DNA of 64,000 nucleotides from Spheniscus humboldti (Eukaryota): NCBI GenBank assembly GCA_027474245.1, contig CM049899.1, positions 1,148,536 to 1,212,535 of the forward strand, read 5' to 3'. Shown piece by piece: positions 25,035 to 35,251 of this stretch (position 1 is its first letter; each line of letters starts with the position of its first letter). The notes under the pieces were generated by a model. It saw only the letters and a program-made list of their open reading frames with translations, ran no database searches and was not told where the DNA came from. The position numbers and the translations under genes were made by a program.

Positions 25035-25940
25035 GCATCCTAACCCTCGCCTGCTTGGTGCCCACGGGTGATGAAGCCCCTCTGGGCTGGGTTTGGGGGT
25101 CCTGTGTCCCTATTCTCCTGCACCCATGGGTGACAGGAACCCTCCAGGATGCATGATCACCCCTTGATCTACCACGACTCTGACCCCTTGTGCCCACGGG
25201 TGATGAGGACCCTCTAGGGGGCCTGGGGATTCCTCCAAGCCACCGTGTTCCCGTGGCCCCTGCACTCATGGGTGATGAGGACTCTCCAGGAGGTCCCATC
25301 CCCTTCACCCGTGGTGTTCCTGTTCCCCCTGCCTCAATGGTTGATGAAAACCCTCCTGTCCCCCTGCAGCCCACCATGACCCCTTTCCTGCTGCACCCAT
25401 GGGTGATGAAGACCCCCTGGAATAGGTTTGGGGGTCCTGTTCCCTGTGTCCCCTGCACCCATGGGTGATAAAGACACCCAGGATGGGTTTGGAGGTCCCA
25501 CATACCAGTTCTCCTGCACTCATGGGTGACAAGGACCCTTCGGGATTGACTTGGGAGTCCCTTTTCCCCATTACCCTGCACTCATGGGTTGCAAGGACCC
25601 TCCAGGGTGGATGTGGGGTACCATCACCCCCCAACCCATCACATCCCTGTCCCACCTGCACCCACAGGTGATGAGGACCTTTCAGAGAATCCTGTCTTCC
25701 CCACTCCCCACCTACCATGTCCCCATCCTCATTGTACCCATAGGTGACAAGGACCTGCCAGGGGGTTGTGCCCCCACCACCCACTCCATCCCTGTCCCTC
25801 TGCACACACAGGCAATGAGGGCCATCAGGGGTAGGTTTAGGGGTCCCATCACCCTGTTTCCCTGCACCTGTGGGTGACAAAGCCTGTCGGGGTGAGCTTT
25901 GTGTGTCCCATCATCCACCATGACCCTGTGTGTTCCCTCT
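25035..25940. repeat. MVP intron 5 tandem array, ~78-bp unit (cctgcacccatgggtgatgaRgaccctccagg.tgggtttgggggtccc...)
   Basis: About 11 units each contain 'cccatgggtgatga' or 'cccacgggtgatga'. The unit begins immediately after the exon 5 donor. Confidence 0.85.
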
Positions 25941-25946
25941 CTGCAG

Positions 25947-26183
25947 AAAGCCCTGCACCTGCGGGCAACACGGACCTTTGAGGACGAGCAGGGCCGGGTG
26001 TGGCGCACAGGCGAGGAGTGGCTGGTAACCCAGGCACAGAGCGAGGCCTACATCCCGGAGGTGTTCGAGGAGGTGGTGACCGAGGTGGCGGTGACGACGC
26101 TGGGCCCCCGGCAGTACTGCGTGGTACTCGACCCTGTGGGGCCCAATGGGCAGCCCCAGCTGGGCCAGCAGCTGGTTGTCAAG
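25947..26183 (+). CDS. MVP: MVP coding segment 6 ([79 protein letters not shown])
   Basis: The acceptor is ctctgcag| and the donor gtcaag|gtcagc. It matches human [28 protein letters not shown]...[30 protein letters not shown]. Confidence 0.92.
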
Positions 26184-26189
26184 GTCAGC

Positions 26190-26935
26190 ACCCAAGGGAC
26201 CTAATGTAGCCTTAGCTTGCCCATAGGTATCAAAGGTAGTCCTGAGGGACCCTAAGACACATGATGTACTGCTATTGTGTCACCGGGGGACCCTAAGGTG
26301 CCCCGAGAGACCCAAGTGTGGCTCCCAGGACCCGAGGGTGGCCCCAAGGGACACCCAAGTGGTTCTGAGGGAACCCCATGTATGCATAGGTGTCCCCAAA
26401 AATCTCAAAGGTGGCCCCAACAGACCCCAATGTACCCCTGAGGTATTCCTGAAAGTCCCTAAGGCATCCCTGAGGGATTCTAACACACTCTTGAGGTGTC
26501 CCCAAGGGTCCCTAAGGTGACCTGAGGGCCCCAGAGACCACAGGTGGCCCTGACGTACCCAAACACATCCCCAAAGGTCGCAAAGGTGGTCTCAAGGGAC
26601 CCCAAGACACCTACATTAGCCCTGATGTCTTGCTGAGGGACCATAAGCTTCCATAGGATCCCACGGGTGGCCACCAGGAACCAGAAGTTGGCCCTGACAT
26701 ACCTATAGACACCCCTGAAGGTCTTGAAGGTGGCCCACAGGGACCTTAAGACATCCCTGAGGGACCCTAATGCACCCCTGTCCCTGCCCTGTGTCCCACC
26801 ATATCCTCATGTCCTTCCCCCCGTCTCACTGTGTGTCCATGCCCCTACTTCATGTCCCACCATGTCCTCATGCCCCTGCCCCATGCCCCCACCACTTTGC
26901 CACATCCCTGTCCTGATGGTGACATGTCCCCGCGT
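26190..26935. repeat. MVP intron 6 tandem array, ~40-bp unit (ccctgagggaccctaaggt.ccccaaaggtggccccaa...)
   Basis: Repeated 'gggaccccaagacac', 'aaggtggccc' and 'ccctgagggaccctaa' are read directly. Confidence 0.8.
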
Positions 26936-26941
26936 CCCCAG

Positions 26942-27067
26942 GGGGAGAAGTCCTTCTTTTTGCAGCCGGGTGAGCGGCTCCAGGCTGGCATCCAGGATGT
27001 CTATGTGCTCTCTGAGGACGAGAGGCTGCTGCTCCAGGCACTCCAGACCATCAAGGACACCAATGAG
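26942..27067 (+). CDS. MVP: MVP coding segment 7 ([42 protein letters not shown])
   Basis: The acceptor is gtccccag| and the donor aatgag|gtggcc. It matches human [44 protein letters not shown]. Confidence 0.9.
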
Positions 27068-27069
27068 GT

Positions 27070-27545
27070 GGCCCAGGGGACACCTGGGGTTTCAGGATTC
27101 CCCAGGGGCACCTGGGGAGAAACTGAGGAAGGTCCAGGGAGGCTGGGATGCCTAGGGCAACCAGGAGTGGTGGGGGGACAAAGGGGACAACTGTGGGGGA
27201 TACAGGAGTGGTTGGGGGTCATGGGGGACAGCTGGGGCACCTGGGGACAGTTGGGGTACGTGAGGGACTCCTGGGGGATTGTGGAGGCCCCAGGGACAAC
27301 TGGGGGGAGTCCTGTCCTCATCCCTGTGTCCCCAGGCCAGGTGGGTAGCAGAGGGCCATGGGAAGAGTCCTTTCCACACTGTCCCCGAGCTGAGGGTCTA
27401 TGGGGAGGGTGTCCCTGTCTCCATGTCTTCAGGCCAGCGGGTGGCAGAGGGCCATGGGGGAATGTCTGTGTCCTCATGTCCCCATCCAGGGGGTGGTGGG
27501 GTCCCTGCATCCCCAGGCCGGTCACTGATGCCATCCCCGCATTCC
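27070..27545. repeat. MVP intron 7 repeats (ggggacaRctggggN units and two ~120-bp copies 'caggccag.gggt.gcagagggccatggg')
   Basis: 'gtccccaggccaggtgggtagcagagggccatgggaagag' and 'gtcttcaggccagcgggtggcagagggccatgggggaatg' are two copies of one unit. Confidence 0.7.
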
Positions 27546-27548
27546 CAG

Positions 27549-27707
27549 GAGGGGACGGAGGTGACGCGGCAGGCAGGTGACCGCTGGCTGGCCCGGGGCC
27601 CCCTCGAGTATGTTCCACCAGCTGAGGTGGCCGTGCTGGAGCGACGCCGGGCTGTGGCCCTTGCTGACAACGAGGGTATCTACGTGCGTGACATCCGCAC
27701 TGGCAAG
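27549..27707 (+). CDS. MVP: MVP coding segment 8 ([53 protein letters not shown])
   Basis: The acceptor is attcccag| (an alternative AG lies 3 nt downstream) and the donor ggcaag|gtgcct. It matches human [48 protein letters not shown]. Confidence 0.85.
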
Positions 27708-27724
27708 GTGCCTGCCCCAGTGCC

Positions 27725-28660
27725 ACGGCTCCTATAGCTCCCCTGGAGCTCCTTGTAGCCCCCTATAGCTCCCTGTTGGCCCTTATAGCTTCCTATAGCT
27801 CCTTTATAGCCTCCTCAGTGGCTCCCCATAGCTCCGTAACTGCTCCCTGTAGGTCCCCCACAGCTCCCTAGAGCTCCCCATAGAGCTCCTCTACAGTCCT
27901 CTGTAGCTCTGTATAGACCACCTATAGCTCCTCATAGCCCCCTGTAATCCTCCATAGCCCCCCTAAACCCGTATAGCTCACCCACAGACCTCTATAGCAT
28001 CCCACAGCCCCCTATAGACCCCTGTAGCTCCCCCATAACCCCTATAGCTCCCCAACCCCACTATAGCCCCTTATAGCTTCCCATAACCCACACAGCCCCC
28101 CATGGTTCCCCACAATGCTTATAACTTCCTATAACCCCTATAGCTCACCATAATGGTGCAAGTCCCTATAACTTCCCATACCCCTTCCCAGTGCCCCCAG
28201 CTCCCATGCCAGTACTCCACATTACTCTAGTGCCCCCCATGCACCCTCCCAGTGCTCCCAGTAACCGGATACCCCATCCCAGTATCCCCCCACTGCCTCC
28301 CAGTGTTCCATGTATCTCATCCCAGTGCCCCCAAACACAGTCCCAATATCCCAGCCCCCTTCTCAGTGCCCCCAGATACCCCCCCACCCCTCATCCCAGT
28401 GGTCCCAGTACCCCATATACCTGCTTCCAGTGCCTCCAAACCCTCCCAGTGCCCCCAGTACCCCTCCACCGCATCCTGGTGCTCCCGGTATTCCTTATAC
28501 CTCTCTCAGTGCCTCCACACACCCCTTCCCAGTGCTCCCAAACCGCATTCAAGTGCTCTTATTGCTCCCCAAGCCCCCTCCCACTGCCCCCAGACACCCC
28601 TTTCCAGTGCTCCCAAATCCCCCAGTGCCCATCCCTGCCTGGCAGCACTGTGAGGTGGCT
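27725..28660. repeat. MVP intron 8 minisatellites: a CTATAGCTCC family (27725..28185), then a CCCAGTGCCCCCAGTACCCC family (28186..28660)
   Basis: Dozens of 'ctatagctcc' and 'ctgtagctcc' units are followed by 'tcccagtgcccccag.tacccc' units. Confidence 0.85.
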
Positions 28661-28670
28661 CTGGGTGCAG

Positions 28671-28921
28671 GTGCGGGTGGTGACGGGCCAGACCTACATG
28701 CTGACAGAGGCCGAGGAGCTGTGGGAGAAGGAGCTGCCCCCTGGGGTAGAGGCATTGCTGGCCGAAGCCCTTGGAGACACCCACGACATGGACACCAGGG
28801 TCCACTCTTTCTCCAGCCTGGATGTTGGGGTCCCCCAACGTGACTGCACCCGCACTGTCACCTACCAGGTGCCCCACAATGCCGTTGTGCAGGTCTACGA
28901 CTACCGGGAGCGGCGGGCGCG
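28671..28921 (+). CDS. MVP: MVP coding segment 9 ([30 protein letters not shown]...[21 protein letters not shown] + cg)
   Basis: The acceptor is gggtgcag|gtgcgg and the donor gcgcg|gtgagc. It matches human [30 protein letters not shown]...[22 protein letters not shown]. Confidence 0.88.
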
Positions 28922-29085
28922 GTGAGCACCTGTGGTTTCTGGGCATGGCAGAGAAGGGACGTGGGAGGGAATGGAGGACGTGGTGGATGTGGGGTGTAGG
29001 GGGAAGATATCGGGATGGAGGGGGCACAGAAGGGGTGCTGGGCAGCAGGGTGCAGGTGATATTGCTGTGACCCCTGTGCCGTGGT

Positions 29086-29271
29086 GTGTTCCTTGGTGTG
29101 TCCTTGGCATGTGACCAGTGTCCTTGGCATGTCTGTGGTGGGCTGATGCTGGGCCCAGTGCTGGTGATGTTGGGCCCCGGGGAGCAGGTGACGGTGTGGG
29201 GACTGGTGTGTCCTTGGCATGTGACCCATGTCCTTCATGCGTTTTTGGCATGTTGTAGAGTGGTGCTGGGT
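29086..29271 (+). repeat. Tandem decayed copies of the exon 10 5' boundary (pseudo-exon array), left of the ERV
   Basis: 'gctgggcccagtgctggtgatgttgggccccggggagcaggtgacggtgtgg' resembles exon 10 'ggtggtgctgggccccgagctggtggtgctgggccctggggagcagctgacagtcctg'. The 'gtgtccttggcatgtgacc' motif is repeated. Confidence 0.7.
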
Positions 29272-29865
29272 TGTCCTGGTTTCGGCAGGGATAAAGTTAG
29301 TTTCCTTCCTAGTAGCTGGTGCAGTGCTGTGTTTTGGATTTAGAGCAGGAACAAAGTTGATAACACGCCGATGTTTTAGTTGTTGCTAGGCAGTGTTTAC
29401 ACTAGTCAAGGACTTTCCAGCTTCTACCGACTGAGCTAGGCTGGAGGGGCACAAGAAGCTGGGAGGGGGCACAGCCAGGACAGCTGACCCAAACTGGCCA
29501 ACGGGATATTCCATACCATGCGACGTCATGCTCAGTATATAAGCTGGGGGGAGAAGAAGGAAGGGGGGGACGTTTGGAGCGGTGGCGTTTGTCTTCCCAA
29601 GTAACCGTTACGCGTGAGGGAGCCCTGCTTTCCTGGAGCTGGCCGAACACCTGCCTGCCCGTGGGAAGTAGTGAATTAATACCTTTGTTTTGCTTTGCTT
29701 GCGTGTGCGGCTTTTGCTTTCTCTATCAAACTGTTGTTATCTCAACCCACGAGTTTTCTCACTTTTACCCTTCCAATTCTCTTCCCCATACTACTGGGGG
29801 GGAAGTGAGCGAGCGGCTGCGTGGTGCTCAGTTGCCGACTGAGGTTAAACCACGACAGTCCTTTT

Positions 29866-29883
29866 TGGCGCCCAACGTGGGGC
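29866..29883 (+). other. Primer-binding site complementary to the tRNA-Lys1,2 3' end (TGGCGCCCAACGTGGGGC)
   Basis: The sequence is read directly ~9 nt after the 5' LTR end. It is an 18/18 match to the known Lys1,2 PBS used by betaretroviruses and spumaviruses. Confidence 0.85.
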
Positions 29884-29959
29884 TCGAAGGGGTTGAGATA
29901 ATAACAGACTAACCGAAGTGTGTTAAGGAACTTATATCTGCTAGCGGTTGTGGATCACA

Positions 29960-32065
29960 ATGTTAGTCTCTCTGTTCTCAATGTTGATTTGTATGGTCTG
30001 CATCGTGCTCTTTCTGCTGCTGTACATGTTAAAGATTGCTGTTGGTTTTTGCAGTTTGCTGTGGTCTGCGATGATTAGTGATGTCTCTCTTGTGAGGTTT
30101 GTTTTTAGAACATTGACCTTGATGTTAGTGTGGTATGTAAGCTTCGCAATGAAGCCGCTGCTGTACCATGGATACCATTTCGTAGAGACGATTAGCAACT
30201 ACAGTAATTTTTCTGAGAGTTTTTTTACGGAGGGAATGCAGAATGGCGGTGTCACTGCTTTCCTCTGTGGTGTTTCCTCCTTCATTGCAGTAACTCCTCA
30301 GTATTTTGAACAGCCTTGGGGGATTAGGATACTTCTATTGTTATTTCTTGCGAATATTGTTTTGGTTCTATCTAAAGTTCGTAAACAACTTAAGAATATC
30401 ATCCAGAGATCTGCCCCAGGGCTGAACAGTTATGAGTGGCAGGGTGTGTGGGACAAGATGGGCAGGTACCTAGGCAAATGGGCAGCCCCAGTGTTTTGGA
30501 GTTTCACCCCTGAGCAAGTGTGGAATCCTGAGAAGTTAGTAGAATATTTGGAAAAAGTGTGCTGTCACCCTGGCAACTCCAGAGAGATGCAGATCATTGC
30601 AACGTGCTGGGGCCTGGCCCATGCCTACCGGGCCCTGTTCAACAGCATTCAGAACCCTCAAGGGGAAGAGAAGGTCTCCGGATCTGATAGTAAAATGACA
30701 CGCACTGCGGCCACTCAGACCCCAGAAACATGCTCTGCAACCACTCCGACACCAGCAACATGCTCTGCAGCTACTCAGACCCCGGCGACAGGCACTGCGG
30801 CCTCTCAGACCCCAGCGACAGGCACTGCGGCCCCTCAGACCCTGGCGACAGGCCCTGTGGCTGAGCCAAAGAACCAGCCTGTGCCGGTATCAGTCGCCCC
30901 TGTACACAAGAAGAAATCTTGGAAGCGGAAGTCGGCTCGTTTAGTAAGGGAGGAAGAAGCTTCTTCTAAAGGGGAGCCGGAGGAAGAACTGTACGAGGCA
31001 GACGACCCTAGGGAAGGGCCATCACGAGAACAGGAGGAGGAGAGCCGGCCGCTGATCGGGGAGGAAGAAGAGGAAGAACTCATAAATGAGGCAGTGACCA
31101 CCCGATCTCTATCCCTGAGTGAGCTGCGAGATATACGAAAAGATTTCAGCCGTCGTCCAGGTGAGCATATTGTCACCTGGCTGCTCCGATGCTGGGATAA
31201 TGGGGCCAGTAGCCTGGAATTAGAGGGTAAAGAAGCCAAGCAGCTGGGATCCCTTTCCAGGGAAGGGGGCATTGACAAAGCGATTGGAAAAGGGACACAA
31301 ATCCTCAGCCTTTGGAGACGACTCTTGTCAAGTGTAAAGGAAAGGTATCCCTTCAAGGAAGATGTCATATGTCGCCCAAGCAAGTGGACCACCATGGAGA
31401 AGGGTATCCAGTTTCTGAGAGAATTAGCTGTGCTGGAGGTGATTTATGATGACCTGAACAATGAACAACTACCCAAAGATCCAGATGAAGTCAAGTGCAC
31501 ACGACCCATGTGGCGGAAGTTTATAAGGAGCTCACCATCGTCATACGCCAATTCATTGGCAGTGATGACCTGGAGAGATGGAGAGGAACAAACAGTGGAT
31601 GAATTGGCTAGTCAACTCCGGCAATATGAGGAAAGTCTCTCTTCCTCCCTCGTCTCGGCTGTGGAGAAACTGTCCCAGAAGGTCCAGCAACTTGTAGAAG
31701 ATAGGTCCTACCCCCCACCTGTACGGACCAGTATCTCGGCTGTTAGGAGTCAGCGTTCTTTTGCTCAAGAGAGAGGATATAAAGGGTACACACCACGGGG
31801 CACCCTATGGTTTTACCTGCGTGACCACGGAGAGGACATGAGAAAGTGGGATGGAAAACCTACTGCAGCCCTAGGGGCACGAGTACGTGAATTGCAAGGA
31901 AAAACAATGACAGAAAGAGGTTCTTCCAGGAAAATTGCTGCTCCAGTTTCCAGCGGGCAGTTCCCCAGACAGAGTAGAAGGGCTGATCTTACTCCTGATC
32001 TTAATGAAGAAACTTCTGATTCATATGTACAAGAAATGAGAAATGACTACTGCGATGAGGATTAG
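29960..32065 (+). CDS. gag: ERV gag-like ORF (first in-frame ATG 29960; ORF track opens at 29948), ends with TAG
   Basis: A 705-aa open frame immediately precedes pol in the same frame. It has an unusually hydrophobic N-terminus, an internal 33-bp tandem repeat (TQTPATG...), and no CCHC zinc knuckle. The assignment rests on position only. Confidence 0.6.
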   Translation: MLVSLFSMLICMVCIVLFLLLYMLKIAVGFCSLLWSAMISDVSLVRFVFRTLTLMLVWYVSFAMKPLLYHGYHFVETISNYSNFSESFFTEGMQNGGVTAFLCGVSSFIAVTPQYFEQPWGIRILLLLFLANIVLVLSKVRKQLKNIIQRSAPGLNSYEWQGVWDKMGRYLGKWAAPVFWSFTPEQVWNPEKLVEYLEKVCCHPGNSREMQIIATCWGLAHAYRALFNSIQNPQGEEKVSGSDSKMTRTAATQTPETCSATTPTPATCSAATQTPATGTAASQTPATGTAAPQTLATGPVAEPKNQPVPVSVAPVHKKKSWKRKSARLVREEEASSKGEPEEELYEADDPREGPSREQEEESRPLIGEEEEEELINEAVTTRSLSLSELRDIRKDFSRRPGEHIVTWLLRCWDNGASSLELEGKEAKQLGSLSREGGIDKAIGKGTQILSLWRRLLSSVKERYPFKEDVICRPSKWTTMEKGIQFLRELAVLEVIYDDLNNEQLPKDPDEVKCTRPMWRKFIRSSPSSYANSLAVMTWRDGEEQTVDELASQLRQYEESLSSSLVSAVEKLSQKVQQLVEDRSYPPPVRTSISAVRSQRSFAQERGYKGYTPRGTLWFYLRDHGEDMRKWDGKPTAALGARVRELQGKTMTERGSSRKIAAPVSSGQFPRQSRRADLTPDLNEETSDSYVQEMRNDYCDED

Positions 32066-35000
32066 AGAGGCCCTGCCTCCAGCCAGGGGGAGGAAAGGGA
32101 CAACCAAGTTTACTGGACTGTGTGGATTCGGTGGCCTGGCACATCAGACCCACAGGAGTATAAGGCTCTAGTGGACACCGGTGCACAATGTACACTAATG
32201 CCATCAAGCTATACAGGGGCAGAATCCATCTGTATTTCTGGGGTGACAGGGGGATCCCAACAGCTAACTGTATTGGAAGCCGAAGTAAGTCTAACTGGGA
32301 ATGGGTGGCAAAAGCACCCCATTGTGACTGGCCCAGATGCTCCGTGCATCCTTGGCATAGACTACCTCAGGAGAGGGTATTTCAAGGACCCAAAAGGGTA
32401 CCGGTGGGCTTTTGGTATAGCTGCCTTGGAGATGGAGGAAATTAAACAGCTGTCCACCTTGCCTGGTCTCTCGGAGGACCCCTCGGTTGTGGGGTTGCTG
32501 AAGGTCGAAGATCAACAAGTGCCAATCGCTACCACCACGGTACACCGGCGGCAATATCGCACCAACCGAGACTCCCTGATTCCCATTCATGAGCTAATTC
32601 GTCGACTGGAGAGCCAAGGAGTGATCAGCAAGACTCGCTCACCCTTTAACAGTCCCATATGGCCAGTGCGGAAGTCTAATGGAGAGTGGAGACTAACAGT
32701 AGACTATCGTGGCCTAAATGAAGTCACGCCACCGCTGAGTGCTGCTGTGCCGGACATGCTAGAACTTCAATATGAATTGGAATCAAAGGCAGCCAAGTGG
32801 TATGCCACAGTTGATATTGCTAATGCGTTTTTCTCAATCCCTTTGGCAGCAGAGTGCAGGCCACAGTTTGCTTTCACTTGGAGGGGCGTCCAGTACACCT
32901 GGAACCGACTGCCCCAGGGGTGGAAACACAGCCCCACCATTTGCCATGGACTGATCCAGACTGCACTGGAACAGGGTGGAGCTCCAGAACACCTGCAATA
33001 CATTGATGATATCATTGTGTGGGGCAACACAGCAGAAGAAGTTTTTGAAAAAGGGAAGGAAATAGTCCAAATCCTGCTGCAGGCCGGTTTTGCCATAAAA
33101 CAAAGTAAGGTCAAGGGGCCTGCACAAGAGATCCAATTTTTAGGAATAAAATGGCAAGATGGACGTCGTCAGATCCCAATGGATGTGATCAACAAAATAA
33201 CAGCTATGTCTCCACCAACTAGCAAAAAGGAAACACAAGCTTTCTTAGGCGTCGTGGGTTTTTGGAGAATGCATATTCCAAATTACAGTCTGATTGTAAA
33301 CCCTCTCTATCAAGTGACCCGGAAGAAGAACGATTTCAAATGGGGCCCTGAGCAACGACAAGCTTTTGAACAAATTAAAGAGGAGATAGTTCATGCAGTA
33401 GCCCTGGGGCCAGTCCGGGCAGGACAAGATGTCAAAAATGTGCTCTACACCGCAGCTGGGGAGAACGGCCCTACCTGGAGCCTCTGGCAGAAAGCACGTG
33501 GGGAGACTCGAGGTCGACCCCTAGGGTTTTGGAGTCGGGGATACAGAGGATCCGAGGCCCGCTATACTCCAACTGAAAAAGAGATATTGGCAGCATATGA
33601 AGGGGTTCGAGCTGCTTCGGAAGTAATTGGCACTGAAGCACAGCTCCTCCTGGCACCCCGACTGCCGGTGCTGGGCTGGATGTTCAGAGGGAGGGTCCCC
33701 TGTACACATCATGCAACTGATGCTACCTGGAGTAAGTGGGTCGCGCTGATCACACAACGGGCTCGAATAGGAAACCCCAGTCGCCCAGGAATCCTGGAAG
33801 TGATTATGGATTGGCCAGAGGGCAAAGATTTTGGAATATCTCCAGAGGAGGAGGTGACGCGTGCTGAGGAGGCTCCAATGTATAATAAACTATCAGAAAA
33901 TGAGAAGCAATATGCTCTGTTCACTGATGGGTCCTGTCGTATTGTGGGAAAGCATCGGAGGTGGAAAGCTGCTGTATGGAGTCCTATACGACAAGTTGTA
34001 GAAACTGCTGAAGGAGAAGGTGAATCAAGCCAATTTGCAGAAGTAAAGGCCATCCAGCTGGCTTTAGACATTGCTGACCGAGAAAAGTGGCCAGTGCTCT
34101 ATCTCTATACTGACTCATGGATGGTGGCAAATGCCCTGTGGGGCTGGTTGCAGCAATGGAAGCAGAGCAACTGGCAGCGCAGAGGCAAACCCATCTGGGC
34201 TGCCGCACTGTGGCAAGATATTGCTGCCCGGGTAGAGAACCTGGTTGTAAGAGTCCGTCACGTAGATGCTCACATACCTAAGAGTCGGGCCACTGAAGTA
34301 CATCAAAACAACCAGCAGGTGGATCAGGCTGCTAAGATTGAAGTGGCTCAGGTGGATTTGGACTGGCAGCATAAGGGTGAACTATTTATAGCTCGGTGGG
34401 CCCATGACACCTCAGGCCATCAAGGAAGAGATGCAACATACAGATGGGCTCGTGATCGAGGGGTAGACTTGACCATGGACGCTATTGCGCAGGTTATACA
34501 TGAATGCGAAACATGTGCTGCAATCAAGCAAGCCAAGCGGTTAAAGCCTCTTTGGTATGGAGGACGATGGCTGAAATATAAATATGGGGAGGCCTGGCAG
34601 ATCGATTATATCACACTCCCACAAACCCGCCAAGGCAAGCGCCATGTGCTTACAATGGTGGAAGCAACCACCGGATGGCTAGAAACATATCCCGTGCCCC
34701 ATGCCACTGCCCGGAACACTATCCTGGGCCTTGAAAAGCAAGTCCTGTGGCGACACGGCACCCCAGAAAGAATTGAGTCAGACAATGGGACTCATTTCCG
34801 AAACAACCTCATAGACACCTGGGCCAAAGATCACGGCATTGAGTGGGTATATCACATCCCCTGTCATGCACCAGCCTCCGGGAAAATCGAACGATACAAT
34901 GGACTGTTAAAGACCACGCTGAGAGCAATGGGTGGTGGGACATTCAAACATTGGGATACGCATTTAGCAAAGGCCACCTGGTTAGTCAACACTCGGGGAT

Positions 35001-35251
35001 CTGCCAATCGAGCTGGCCCTGCCCAGTCAGACCTTCTACATACTGTAGATGGGAATAAAGTCCCTGTAGTGCGCATAAAGAATATGTTGGGGAAAACAGT
35101 TTGGGTTATTCCTGCCTCGGGCAAGGGCAAACCCATCCGTGGGATTGCTTTTGCTCAAGGACCTGGGTGCACTTGGCGGATAATGCGGAAGGATGGGGAA
35201 GTCCGATGTGTACCTCAAGGGGATTTGATTTTGGGTGAGAATAGCCAATGA
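32066..35251 (+). CDS. pol: ERV pol (protease-RT-RNase H-integrase), uninterrupted, in frame with gag after a single TAG
   Basis: The motifs are protease LVDTGAQ, RT LPQGWKHSPTI and QYIDDIIV, RNase H TDGS, integrase HQ..H(x23)C..C zinc finger, and catalytic D residues (QIDYI, ESDNGTHF). There are no stops across 1043+ codons. Confidence 0.92.
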   Translation, partial: RGPASSQGEERDNQVYWTVWIRWPGTSDPQEYKALVDTGAQCTLMPSSYTGAESICISGVTGGSQQLTVLEAEVSLTGNGWQKHPIVTGPDAPCILGIDYLRRGYFKDPKGYRWAFGIAALEMEEIKQLSTLPGLSEDPSVVGLLKVEDQQVPIATTTVHRRQYRTNRDSLIPIHELIRRLESQGVISKTRSPFNSPIWPVRKSNGEWRLTVDYRGLNEVTPPLSAAVPDMLELQYELESKAAKWYATVDIANAFFSIPLAAECRPQFAFTWRGVQYTWNRLPQGWKHSPTICHGLIQTALEQGGAPEHLQYIDDIIVWGNTAEEVFEKGKEIVQILLQAGFAIKQSKVKGPAQEIQFLGIKWQDGRRQIPMDVINKITAMSPPTSKKETQAFLGVVGFWRMHIPNYSLIVNPLYQVTRKKNDFKWGPEQRQAFEQIKEEIVHAVALGPVRAGQDVKNVLYTAAGENGPTWSLWQKARGETRGRPLGFWSRGYRGSEARYTPTEKEILAAYEGVRAASEVIGTEAQLLLAPRLPVLGWMFRGRVPCTHHATDATWSKWVALITQRARIGNPSRPGILEVIMDWPEGKDFGISPEEEVTRAEEAPMYNKLSENEKQYALFTDGSCRIVGKHRRWKAAVWSPIRQVVETAEGEGESSQFAEVKAIQLALDIADREKWPVLYLYTDSWMVANALWGWLQQWKQSNWQRRGKPIWAAALWQDIAARVENLVVRVRHVDAHIPKSRATEVHQNNQQVDQAAKIEVAQVDLDWQHKGELFIARWAHDTSGHQGRDATYRWARDRGVDLTMDAIAQVIHECETCAAIKQAKRLKPLWYGGRWLKYKYGEAWQIDYITLPQTRQGKRHVLTMVEATTGWLETYPVPHATARNTILGLEKQVLWRHGTPERIESDNGTHFRNNLIDTWAKDHGIEWVYHIPCHAPASGKIERYNGLLKTTLRAMGGGTFKHWDTHLAKATWLVNTRGSANRAGPAQSDLLHTVDGNKVPVVRIKNMLGKTVWVIPASGKGKPIRGIAFAQGPGCTWRIMRKDGEVRCVPQGDLILGENSQ

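Noticed and set aside
29402-29650. 82/86-aa minus-strand ORFs at 29402..29650 and 35790..36050
   Set aside because: They are an identical pair lying inside the two LTRs of the provirus, which is non-coding U3/R/U5 sequence.
29948-30150. Extremely hydrophobic N-terminus of the gag ORF (MWITMLVSLFSMLICMVCIVLFLLLYML...), as a possible signal peptide or envelope-like domain
   Set aside because: The ORF-track start is a TTG. The true initiator is uncertain (the first ATG is at 29960, with later ATGs at ~30149 and 30236), so this stretch may be untranslated leader. No claim is made.
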